DNA of 63,557 bases, the filler included, from Bigelowiella natans CCMP2755 (lineage: Eukaryota > Protista > Cercozoa): NCBI GenBank assembly GCA_000320545.1. It is 4 parts of 4 records of this genome, joined end to end, with 100 filler letters (N's around TTAATTAATTAA, not from the genome) between each part and the next. Parts side by side here need not be neighbours in the genome. Positions count along the whole stretch, not along the records: positions 29,233 to 46,195 come from ADNK01001418.1; positions 46,296 to 55,048 come from ADNK01003602.1; 2 more parts are not named here. One strand, written 5' to 3'. The notes under the pieces were generated by a model. The model was not told where the DNA came from. It made no database searches and saw only the letters and a program-made list of their open reading frames with translations. Shown one piece after another: positions 38,731 through 50,812 of the stretch; within the stretch, counting starts at the first letter, position 1, and every line of letters begins with the position of its first letter. Position numbers and translations under genes: made by a program.

Positions 38731-38888
38731 GAGAGAGAGAGAGAGAGGGGGGGGGGGGGGGGGAATTATGAATCACATCATATCTCTTCACAAAATGTTA
38801 AAATACTGAAATATATGAAACGGCAAAGATCCTTTTTCTAGCAAACAAAACATGGGGAGAGATTGATCTACAAATGGGCTGAATATAA

Positions 38889-38941
<53 letters not shown>

Positions 38942-39919
38942 CATATATGCACATAAGAACCTGTACTCTGTAGGGACGGTTTGCACAAGGCCTGATGAAT
39001 TTTTAGATATCTGCGATGAAGAACGTGCGTAAACTAACGTATCTAGAGGCGGCCGCTCTCCTTCTATCCATCTTTCTTGCCTTGGAAGGGAAGATGGTGC
39101 TGCTGCTGCTGCGACATCTGCTGTTACGGATACTGGTGATGGTGGTGATGGTGGTGGTGATGATGATGACGACGACGAGGATGATGATGATCTCAAAGGG
39201 AAGGGTGAAGCGGATCGCCATAGTTGTTGCTTTTCTGCTGCTACAATACCACCCTCAGCTGCTGCCTCATCCTCAGGTGTGAAAAAGAGCGTTTGCATCC
39301 CTGTCAAATCCAGCCCGAGAATGTTGCTGCCATGAAGAGGATAAATGCATGCATACATACACACGCATATGCCGCACGAAACACCCGTGTCAATTTCCAT
39401 ATCATACCCATATGTTCACGAGAAAGTCAAATGAAAAAACAATATAGCAATAGTAGCAATAATGGTAACAATAAAAATTTAAAAGGGTACGACGTATTCG
39501 CTGCGCGACATCATCATGTTGTAAAGGCATATAAAAATAGTGAAGCATTCAAATCTTATACGAAGGAAAGGTGTGTATGATTAGAGTTTCCTTTTTATAC
39601 TCTATGTTTATGGATTATGCTACGATGTTGTTGTGTGAAATTACTGTTCGCAATTGTCGTCGCTCAAGTGACAGCCACCAATTTGAACCAAAAACCGATT
39701 TTTCAGGATAAACCCGCCAGCGCCACCCCTCCCCATCTTCTTATTCTGTCGTCGCCGATGACGATGATGTGCATGATGCTGTGCCATATTTAGCTCCTAT
39801 ACACAGCAGAACGATATCATGCTACTACAAGTTTATCACTCCCTCTCTGTAAGCTTCATTCCATCATTATTACTTATGTCTGATGCTGCATTCTAACGCG
39901 GGTAGGCATTGTTATTGTT

Positions 39920-39951
<32 letters not shown>

Positions 39952-41142
39952 GTCCTTCATCAACATCATCATCATCGTCATCATCGCTTCGATGACTGAC
40001 TTGCATTGTCGGGGTAGTTTTAAGGAGCGATTCCTCTATTGTGAGCCTTTTCCCACTACTCTGCTGTTAAGAGTAGTATGTAATAATAAAGCATGTCTCA
40101 GTAAATTGTCCATCATGGCCTCCTTAAAGGCGGAGGAGGATGATATACATGATAGATAAACAACACTAGGAATAGATTTCAACAGATAATATGCACACAC
40201 ACACACGCACACACGCACGCACGCAAACACCTCACAAATACTGCCACTGACCTCTGAGCGACTCGCCGTTGTTCCAATCCAATCATCTATGCTTGGTCTT
40301 TGAGATACTGAGATTTCGGAGTCATCATCGATATCATCATCGGTATTATCATCGTCACCATCACTATCGTCCCATTTTTCTTCGTTTTGATGATTTCTAT
40401 GGCGGCCATTCTTTGTACTCCTCTTTCTCCTCTTATCTACTGCCGAAGAAGACAAATGATAGTGCTTGTTTGTAGGAATCTTGCGCCACACTAGATTCTG
40501 AAATGAATACGCATCATCGATTTGATGGAGAAGATGAAAGATAGGAAGGGAGAGAGAGGTGTGTGCTGTGTGCTGAATGAATGAATGAATGATTGATTGA
40601 TTGATTGATAAAATCCATATTCATAAACTCATACTTATTGAGTGTTGATCGACGAGCGTAATAGGGAGTGTAGGTATAAAAACCGATATTATCGGCTGAT
40701 CAACAGCTGATCAATCAACCCGGGAGAAATGTACAATATACATCTACACGCAGATGATGTGATCTATTACTACCTGGAGATTCAAGACCCATGAGTCAGT
40801 GTAGCAGCTGTGCACTCGATAGTCACAACCCCCCGTAATTACCATCATTGCGGAAGGTGATAATTCCTGATGATGATGCTTCGACGATTCACTCGCAGAT
40901 GGCATTAATGCAGCTACATGAAGACTCTAAGTAGATATGAGGAAGGAAACATGGTGATCTACATGATGACGATGCAGAATTGCGGTATAAAGAATAAGAT
41001 CAGAGTCGTAATCATGTGAGCGGTTTGTGTGGATGAGCCGAGGGGCTGTAAACACTGAAATGTTGTATATATTGCAACGCACTATCGTCTCATGCACATC
41101 ATCAATGCCAAGTTTTGTCGCAATGGTACGTGGCGAGATGAT

Positions 41143-41218
<76 letters not shown>

Positions 41219-41719
41219 TATGCGTGTGTGCAAGCATAGCAGCTACAAAATATACCCTTGGGTTAGGCTGAGGGGCTATTGGATAATGGCCGGTACTGCT
41301 GCTGCTGCTACTGGGACAGAACCATACTCTTAAGAGAAGGTCAAGAATGCAGAGCTGCCAGTGTTATCACCACAAGGTTGTAGCAGCAGTAAGCACCAGT
41401 TAGCCATAATATAGAGGTTTGAAGAGGGGAGGAAGGACCATAAGAGGGATAACAAGCAGTAGAAGAAAGGAAGGAGGGGACACAAGAGCCCGCATCGCAG
41501 CAGTGCGAAGTGGTCATTATCATATTTACAACAGTTCTTTCCCTAAATCTTTCTTCTAGCTGCTCAGTAGAAGATTGTGTTCTCCTCGCCCTCAAAATAA
41601 GACAAAATAGACTGGCCCCAACCTCCATCATCATCATCATCATCGTCGTTATCTTCATCTTCGTCATCCCCATGTATACACTCATTAATTAAGATCACCA
41701 TCTCCACTACTGCTGCTGC

Positions 41720-41757
<38 letters not shown>

Positions 41758-43397
41758 TAATAATCATACTTCCTGTAGCGTCTCCCTTTCATTTGATCCC
41801 CCAAACACGTACATGCGGTCGTCCCACACAACAGCGCTGTGACCTCCTCTCGCCTGGGGCTTTTTGCCTCTAAATCTAATGATGTAAGTTACAACGATTT
41901 TATTTGCTGGCAAATCAACCGTGTGTGTGTTTGGGACGTATGTAGAAATATGTATACCATGCAGTACGCATGTGTGCATCGATAATGTGTGTTGTAATTC
42001 TTGTATGCTTGATTGTAGCACATCCAAGCATTGCTGCTGAACGATCCCTGCTACTACGCTTTGCTGCTAGTATGATGGAATAGAACCGGAGGATGATGAT
42101 GGACTTTAGATACATGTGTAAGAATAATAACAATAGCACCTGAGCTTAGCAAAAGAACTGGTTGACGTGTCGAATTCCCACGTCTCGTCCGAGTACTGCC
42201 CTCCATTTTCCACAGTATAGCCTCCAAAGATAATGATACGGTTGTGCCATCTTACAGCTGAATGCCTGTCTCTTCCCGATGGCGCAAGCGGCGATGACGA
42301 CAACTCCAATTGTGATGACGACGATATTGAAGAAGTTGATGAGGGACGCTGCAGATGACCAGCATCTGCGACTTGGAGCTTAGTCCACCACAAATGCGGA
42401 TATGAGAAGGCTAGGATGTCGGAGAAGTACTGCCCATTATTCGACCCACCAAAGAAGTATACTGTATTTCCTATACGTGTTGCAGAATGATGGCCTCTAG
42501 CTTCTGGTCTATAAAGAGGGAGGCTATTGCTGCTGCTGCTGCTGCTGTCTAAGTGTGCAAATGGGAGAACGCCTTGGTGTAGATGAGGAGGAAAGGAGGA
42601 CGGCCGCGTAAGCGTCCACTGCGATGAAGACACCGAGAACATCCATATCTTTTACGTAGTAAATCAAATACATAGTACCGACCTTATTAGGAGATACACT
42701 GCGAAAATCCATAATACTAACAATCGCAGAAATCTAATAGGTGCTAAAAAGAAAAGTTCCAAGATGTGGTAGAATATGACACATCTTGAGACATTCTATT
42801 TATGATTATAGGAGGAGGAGGAGGAGGAGGAGGATGATGATGATGATGATAATGATGATGACGACGACGACGGACACAATATGTATCGTGTTATCCTAAC
42901 AAAAGATTTCTTAAATTGAGATAATTTGATAGTATGTATGACCTCATTGAAGCACATCATATCGGTATAGCATCCACCGAAGACCTGAAAATTGGGGAAA
43001 TGGCGAATTGTTACCAATGTTCTACATGTTTCTATGTGTTATGATTTATATATAAGAGATCTGAAGTTGTGGACAGTGAAAGTACCATGATCGAGTTTAT
43101 ATCAGGGAGAAATGTTGCTGTATGGCCCTGCATCCCCATTGGGTGTACGCTTCCCTTAATTGGGACTCTACCCCAGCTCCATATTTTGTTATGATGATGA
43201 GAATTAAATATAAATCCTCCACGATGATGATGATGCGTGCCATTGTTATTCACGTGTCCATCCTAACAAGGAGAGAGCCACTGCATGAATCGCCTAGTCG
43301 GAAGAAAATAAACCATGACGTATACCTTGTTGCTTCCCCTAATGGTTGGTTGCGCTGCACCCGCCACCGCCAAAATGCAGAGGAAAACGAGCATCAT
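38214..43397 (-). CDS. Kelch-repeat (beta-propeller) type I membrane protein, multi-exon
   Basis: Signal peptide MMLVFLCILAVAGAAQP from ATG 43397. Kelch repeats GMQGHTATFL..IMVFGG, RGHHSATRIGNTVYFFGG, RDRHSAVRWHNRIIIFGG and RGGHSAVVWDDRMYVFGG. C-terminal TM ALMVAVLIIFTLFVWNMYL; stop at 38214-38216. Confidence 0.8.
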
Positions 43398-43810
43398 CGT
43401 GCAGCGGCCCTGAGCTCCATTGCGATCCTGGAGCGTTGAGGGGTTACTATTCCATTATTCAAAATTTCAAAAGCCCATGATCGTACTCTCCCTCGGGATT
43501 TTCGGGGATTTAGTCAAATTATGTATGGAAACAAGGAGAATTATAGTCTGCGACAACCTATTCTTCCCCCTCTACTATGTCCCTTGTCGCAAGTTTCGAA
43601 CTGTTCATACGTGTAGCCTCATGCCACCGAGGCTCGCACAAAAAAAATGTTCTACAAGCCAAATACGTCACATTGTCTGCATCTTGTAGAACACTTTTTT
43701 TTTGGTCGAAGCACCTTGATGATCAAACCAGAATTCAAACTCTTCACTGAGAGTGATGAGTTTGAACACATGATGTTAGCAAGAATCATGCACTGTCAAC
43801 AACATGCACA

Positions 43811-44136
43811 TGTTGCGCGTAAGGTGTTCACAGGCCGAGGCGCTACGTGCACAAGTAGGCAGGGGGGGGGAAAGGCACGTTTGCTTCCTTTTGAAGAGTT
43901 TTGTTTATTTTTATTAAAGATTATATTTTTGTTAAATCGTGCACTGCGTAATCATTCGCGAAGCTTTCGCGAATGCCGCCGCACGTGGGGCAGCACACTT
44001 CCGGTGTGCTGCCATGAGTCCCGCCGGAACCCACGTGCCTATGCTGTATTAATATCTACGTTATCTATATTCTATATCCGCGACAACCCCTTTGTTGTCG
44101 CACGTGACTTGTGCCCGCGTAGTGGTACGCGCTACA
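43811..44136 (-). repeat. 3' LTR (326 bp)
   Basis: Begins TGTAGCGCGTA right after the PPT and ends TACGCGCAACA (11-bp inverted termini, one mismatch). Contains AATAAA on the element strand. Confidence 0.85.
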
Positions 44137-44187
44137 CCTCCCCCAAGTCACGTTGCTCCTTCCTTCCTTCCTTATTCCCTTAGACCT

Positions 44188-46195
44188 TCATCGCTTTCGG
44201 AACTTCACCAACCACCAGGTAATAGATTCCTCTCTAACCTTATCTCCTTTGTCGCTTACCCAGAACTCACCTTCGTCCTTAGGTTCGTGTCCATACCAGC
44301 CCTCTGCATCAAGGTCCCCCAGGACCTTATACCAGTGCTCAAAGGGTAAGTCGGGAACAGCTAGGTAGAGTAGCTGATATTTTCCGTCCTTTATTTTCAT
44401 AGCTACCCTCTCCATATTTCGTAATCCAGGGTAGCCTAGATAGACAATCTTCATGCGCCAATCGTCGTTCACCCTGACCTTATTGTTTCCATATTCCACA
44501 TCGAACTTAGGTCGGGGTCCTAAACAAGGCATTGCTCGCTCCCACACAGTAGGGTTTACTTTAACATCCTCTAGGAGCTTCTCACCGATATCATAATTCT
44601 TTAGGTGACTGATGTGGCGCAAGGTGACCCTGTTCCCATCATAGATGTAGTACTGCTTCCTCCCCTTCCTCTCGGTAACCTTTGCAACGCCACCCCAGAA
44701 GGGGTCTTGTTTATTTCTCGATCTCAGATTTACCTTGGCCCTAACATACTGTCCTTCCTTTAGAACTCGGCCATCGTACGGGACCTTCTCGTCTTCGCTC
44801 TCGGTATCGTCGTCGTTGTCGTCGCCTTCTTCCCTCTCCTTATCCTTGATACCTCCCCCAGACGTGAAGGTGTCGTTTACTAACCCTTGTATCTTGTCTG
44901 GTGTGGTGCTATTTATCCTGCTTAGGTTGGCCAAGGTGCGGTGGAGTCGCTCTACCTTGGAGTTGGACTGGGCATAGTATACAGGTGAGGCATCAATATT
45001 AGGGTGTGGTAGCTGTAGAAGAGAGGTCTCATTATCCACATGTAACTTCTTTGGTATCTTGTTTATGCTAACTTCATCAGGGATAGCCTGGAGCTCAGAC
45101 TCCCAGGTACGGTAGCAGTTAGTAAGCCTCTGCTTATATAAGCCTTTGTTCTTCTTAGCAACGTTGACCTTGATAATCTTTTTAACCCAGCACTTTCCAG
45201 TGGCCACATCAACGAAGGTAAGGTAGTGATAGCCATCGTACTTATAAACATCAATTTGCACGATATCTAAGAAGTTCCTTGCTTTGATTTTCTTAGATGC
45301 ACGGCTCTTGCTGGACTCCTTGGTGGCGACGCCTGCCGCCTTCAAGCTGGAGCACCTGCAGCCACGCAGGTATGTCCTTATCTCTTTTAGCTTGTAGGGC
45401 CAGTAGTAATGGTAGAGTAGAGCAGTGATATGGTTTTCTCCTACGTGTGCAGGTCCATGGGCGGTAAAGAGAAGGGCTCCCCTGGTCCGCCGTGGCACGT
45501 AGGTACGCCTAACATTATTAGTGTATACATATATCCTATCACTAAGTACCTCATGCTTGTGTTTGTATTTATCCAGGTGTTCTTGAAGGTGCTGGAGCTC
45601 CTCTGGCTCAGGCAGGAAGTCGCCGTCCTCGAAGGTAATCGCGTTAACCATAGGGGTGACCTGGGTAGGGACTTTCTTTTCGAACAGCCTGCTGAAATAG
45701 TCAGCAAGCTGCTTGTCTCCTGGTGCGTAGACCACTGTCCTCTTGTCCCTAAACTCTTCCGTGTCCGCCCTCATAGCTGCATACTCATCGTTAGGCGCTT
45801 CGAGCTTGCGGTCGATGCCTAGGAGGGGCTTGTGGTCAGTCATTAAGGTGAAGCTGGGCACCGACAGCAGGTAGTATCTTAGTTTCCTCTGCGCCTCAGT
45901 CATGGCTTTATACTCTCCTTTTGTAGGGCTGTACTTGGCCTCAGCTGCTGTGCAGGCCCTGCCCCACACCCGTATGATCTGCTGGTCTTGGGTAAGTACA
46001 GCAGCCATACCTAGCTTAGACCAGTCTGTCCATAGGGTAGCTGGTCTAGTAGTGTCTAGCTTAGCATTCAATAGGGTGTTGCTGCATAACTTTATTAGGT
46101 TATCGAAGTGGGCATCAAGGCCAGCCTTGGCCCACACCTTAGCGAAGCTGAGGCCTACAGAGTTCTCCTTCCGGTAAGCAGTAGTAAAAGCAGCT
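44188..46195 (-). CDS. pol: Gypsy Pol (partial): RNase H, HHCC-integrase, SH3-like domain and C-terminal adenine-MTase-like domain
   Basis: RNase H: WTDWSKLGMAAVL, YSPTKGEYKAM, TDHKPL, ADYFSR. Zinc finger: H..AHVG...C.C. Integrase core: VQIDVY, YLTFVDVATG, HVDN, QSNSKVERLHRTL. The frame stays open up to the gap. Confidence 0.9.
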
Positions 46196-46295
46196 NNNNN
46201 NNNNNNNNNNNNNNNNNNNNNNNNNNNNNNNNNNNNNNNTTAATTAATTAANNNNNNNNNNNNNNNNNNNNNNNNNNNNNNNNNNNNNNNNNNNN
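46196..46295. other. Assembly gap with artificial TTAATTAATTAA linker
   Basis: N44-TTAATTAATTAA-N44. Confidence 0.95.
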
Positions 46296-46369
46296 GAGAG
46301 AGAGAGAGAGAGAGGGAGAAATCCTACAACTATTACAACAACAACAACTACTACTACTACTACTACTAC

Positions 46370-46776
46370 CGGTATCTTCGATGATAAGGGTGCGGGCGTC
46401 CTTTATTGGGAATAACCTGTTAGATAGTTTGAGTTGTCAGACAACAAGTATGCTGCAAAATCTTCTACTCAGTCCGACAATTTATTGATAAGTAATATAT
46501 CTAGCAAAAAGACTTTAAAAAAAAAACTAACATCCTCGCCATAGTCAGCCGTCATTCACCAATGCAATATCCCTTTGCTATCACCGAGAATAAAAAACAT
46601 CTCCCCTCCCATCCTCACTCAGCCCAGGTCTCACCCTAATGCCAAGCTTCTCGGAGACATCAGCGTTGGCTGAGAAGAGGGGGGGGGTGATGATTTAGAA
46701 TTACTATTCAGCCTCGTCTCCGTGAGCGACGAACCCACATCGATACAATATGTGGTGCGTGTGTAAGTGAGTGAGT

Positions 46777-46835
<59 letters not shown>

Positions 46836-47956
46836 TCTGTGTGTGCATTGTCTATAATAATTACGCTTCGTTGATAGTGCTAAACAACAACAGCAACAAC
46901 TACATCCAACTTCCATCGCAGTTCTTCCTCAGTAAAACAGCACGAATGCTGAACAGCAGCTCCCCCGTTCGTGTCTTCTTATTCTTCGGTGTGTTTTATC
47001 TGTTCTTCTTCTGCTGACACAACATGTACCGAACCTTGGACTCGAAGGAAACGCTTCTTGTCGCACGCGTCTGCGGCGTTTGAGATCATCTCTCGGAGGA
47101 ATACCTGAAAGGAGGAGGCGGTGGAAATTCGTTCAGACGAATCTCTCGTGCAGCAGTCAAGCAGCGTGGCACGGTTGCAATAAGCAAGATGACTGACATC
47201 GCGATTGGAGTAGAGCGAATTGATGATGATGTCCATGACGCGCCCAACTTCTGCCTGAAACTGGAACGTTTCTCCGTCCTAATGATGATGATATAATAGC
47301 TTTGGTTTTGTGATGACGAGAGCTTGCGGTAGCAAACAAATGGGGTAGACGGAGGTACTACTTGCTGCCCCTATGCTAATATCTAACACGTCTGCTCATC
47401 AGCATCAAACAAATATTAGCGGTTTTTTTACCGTGGAGGGAGCGGCGTCCTCGATTTCATCAGCACGTGGCCTCAGTAATTGAATGGAACGTGAAGATGA
47501 CGAGTCCTGGAATCTTCTATTCCAAACGAATCCAGAGCTGGGCTGTCGAAATCTACCCCGGATGTTACCTCGTGATGGCGATAGCATCGTAACCCTACAT
47601 AAAGGCACACACAAACACACAAACAAACACACACACACACACGCACACGGGCGCAGATTATGACACCGCTAGAATTCAGCATGGTAAGTAATGTACGCAC
47701 GATGGTAGTGAAATCCTAGCTCGATGTGCCAGCCCGGGGCCTAGTAGGAAAATTCACGTGAAACAGCATAACCGACTCAGATCTGGATCAAGGCGAACTT
47801 GGAAGGCAAAGTAGTTTTACCACTGCTCAGGGAAGAATGCGACTCGAGGCCGCCATTGTGGTTGGCTTGGAACGTGGTGAGCAGAGCCACGGTGGCTGCG
47901 ATGGCCAGAAGAACGAAGGCCTTGGGGTGAGTTGAGTCCATAGCGGTTGACCGCAT
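46370..47956 (-). CDS. HSP90: HSP90 with a bipartite (signal plus transit-like) leader, probably plastid HSP90C; 3' part lost at the gap
   Basis: Exons [45 protein letters not shown] and [16 protein letters not shown]. Leader is [26 protein letters not shown] followed by an R/S-rich segment. Confidence 0.88.
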
Positions 47957-48349
47957 CCTCTTCAATCGCGAGTACACAGGAGGTAGGCAACCCGAAAAGT
48001 CCGTGAGGTGTGAAAAGAGGAAATCCCTGTCGTTTCCATACGAAAGCACCTTTATTTCATTGTCGCAGACCTGAAAGGGATGAAAGTATCCCTCTCGAGG
48101 AAACTGTGGAACTCCGTTAGCCAGCTGCTGCAGATATGTGGAACCAAATCGAAAAAAATCACGAAAATGGCTTTTTCGGCAGGATGTTTGAGGCGCAGGC
48201 GACAAACGGAATGCGTTTTTCATTTTTATTTTTTTGTGATGTTTTTTTAGATCTTACCTCCACCTGAAATTCGAGCAGAGCACTGTTGGACGTTATTAAC
48301 CCGCTAATACCGGGGGGAAAATGGCCAGAAACCGATTTCGCTGGAAAGG

Positions 48350-49200
48350 CATTCATGGGGTGAGCGTGGCTAGTGGGTCAATGAGCAGCACTGACAGCAC
48401 ACACACAACTTCTCGAAGCTGATGATCTGGCCGTGACGAGAAGATGAACAAGAGAGTGAAAGAGGAGTCAATGTGACGACACACAAATCGGTCGAGACAT
48501 GATGGACGTGCAATGTGTTGTGCGTGTCCCGCCGCGATCAGCGATGGATGACTGACAAAGCTGGCAAGCCTGGAAGCATCAAGTGCTGCCTCTCGCCAAC
48601 TCGTTCGCGCAGGACACACTCCAGCACTGCTTGCATGTCTAGCCGCAGCGCCAAGTGCACACGTCTGCACCATCCACAAAGCTGTGCAGCTTGATCCTCT
48701 GCCATGTTGTGCATCAGCATGCACGTGCAATGTGTGGAACGAATGACAACACGCACGGCTTGTGTGTTGCGACGAAAACAATGTACGCTGGCACGCGTAT
48801 GAGTGCGATGCGCAGCGTGCACACACCATGACCACGCCAGCACGCATGCTAGACAATAGACATGCGTATATATGATGCATATTATGCATATCATGCATAC
48901 TGTAGTCTAGCATGCTGGCGCACCCGCTAGTCCGGCTAGCCGCGGACAACACTGATCTTCTTTTCACAACATGCGCACACATCATGGATGCGATGATGAC
49001 TAGAACATCAAGAAGCACGTGCGAACATCGCACAAAGCGCCTGCATTGATTGATGAAGATTGCACGCACATGAACATTGTGGACATCTTTGGTCATGGGT
49101 TTCGAGCTTCCGATCATGTTGCAAATTGTCACCGTGGGATTGCTCGGTCTATGTAAATGCAGGCTCAAGCGCCAGCAGCTAAATGATGGCTTGTGACCCG
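48350..49200. other. TpA-depleted degenerate island
   Basis: Hand count: 2 TA (both in CTAG) in 48361-48780 (420 bp), with CpG abundant. CCAG/CTGG insertion variants at 48566, 48617 and 48833. Confidence 0.88.
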
Positions 49201-49229
49201 TCCAACGTAACACGTAACGAATGCCTCAT

Positions 49230-50371
49230 CTAATTCCTGTTCTTGTAGTCTGCTGCAGAGGCAGACTTAACAGCGATCTGCCTGATGTCCATGCGAGCGG
49301 CGAGCCTGAGCTTCAAAAAGGATAACCGATCCCGGTAGTTCTTGCACCTCGCGAATACGTCCGTCACTTTGTCAATGTGCTGTCGAGGGTAGCCTCCGAC
49401 CGACGAGCGGACGTGCACCTGCATGCGCTCCAAGAACTCCTTGTACAGCTTTTGGAGCCCACGTATATCCGTAAAGAGAGAGAGAGAGAGGGAAAGTAGG
49501 GAGAAAGAGAGAGAGGTGGAGGGGTGGGAGAGAAAAGGGAGATCATCATATGTTCTTATACGAGCGTGTATATAATGCCAATACTACTCTTGCAACTAAA
49601 AGATCATTCTTCCTATGAACAAACAATCACTGCTGCTGCTTCTACGTACACGCAGGTCCTTTACAGCGCCATCCACGCTCTCCTGGAGCTTGCCAAGAGA
49701 TTTCGGCTTCTCCATCATGTCTGGTCACAACATGATACCATGAGAGTATTGGGGGATGATGAGCGAAGACGCTGCTACAGTGATTATGAAAGCAGATGCA
49801 GAGCTGCAAACTATTTGTAGAAGCAATTACATAGAATAGCATTGAAGTACACACGCGCGCATATACACAGTAGCACCACACACACACACATGCACAGAAA
49901 TATAAATACAAACACAAATGTAGCGTGCTATTAGACCCCACCACTTTTCAGAATCCGGTGGCATTTCTCAAACACGATGATCGCCTAAGTTTTGCAGCAG
50001 ACGAAGGAAAGATAACAACAACAAGAATGTACTGCTTCAACGCCACGATTGAGGGACGAGTAAGAGCGAGTGTGCATGTATTGAGAAGTGCGGATTATAG
50101 AAACCAGAAAAGCGCAAGGAAGGATATTTTTAAGAACAACTCTCTCCCATTCTCCCCGCCACCCCCATCCCCTTCTCCTCTTCATCACAGCTCGAAAAAT
50201 AGAACAACGACTACCATTACTACCACCACCACCTCTACTACGACGCTGCTGCTACTGCGTGTGAGTACCTTCTCAACCAAGGGGATATCCAGCATGACCT
50301 TTTCATCCTGATGTGGATTGTGACAAGTGATACAAATGATTTGATATTATATATGTGTATATATTTATATA

Positions 50372-50415
<44 letters not shown>

Positions 50416-50468
50416 ATATTTGCTGCACGAAGTGCTCTCTTCCACCAAACTACTACTGCTACTACTAT

Positions 50469-50500
<32 letters not shown>

Positions 50501-50776
50501 TTACTCTGCTACTACTGCATTCGAATATTGAGTCCTCTCTCTCTGTATATCACTTGTGGAAGGGGGCACATCGTCTGTTTTATTCCCACAACCTTATCCA
50601 TGTGCAGCCCGCAAGTGGAGATGTCCCCAAACTGCAAGAGAACGTCGCAGAGGCCAGATTCCTTCTTCTCGGCCGTGTTATCTTCGTCCCTTCTCAAGCC
50701 CGAGCGATTCAGCGAAGACCTCCCTTCTTCAAGGATCATGCCTACATCAATCTGTACCCCCCCACACACACATGCG

Positions 50777-50812
<36 letters not shown>

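Larger units (their letters stand above)
43811..46195 (-). mobile_element. 3' half of a Ty3/Gypsy LTR retrotransposon (5' half lost in the gap)
   Basis: RNase H then integrase order in pol, a polypurine tract GGGGGAGG (44137-44144) and an adjacent TG...CA-bounded LTR. Confidence 0.9.

Noticed and set aside
48353-49213. 286-aa Cys/His-rich ORF, and similar ORFs at 12253-12895 and 16535-17281
   Set aside because: These are by-products of TpA depletion (few TAA/TAG stops, Tyr codons replaced by Cys/His codons). They have no recognisable motifs.
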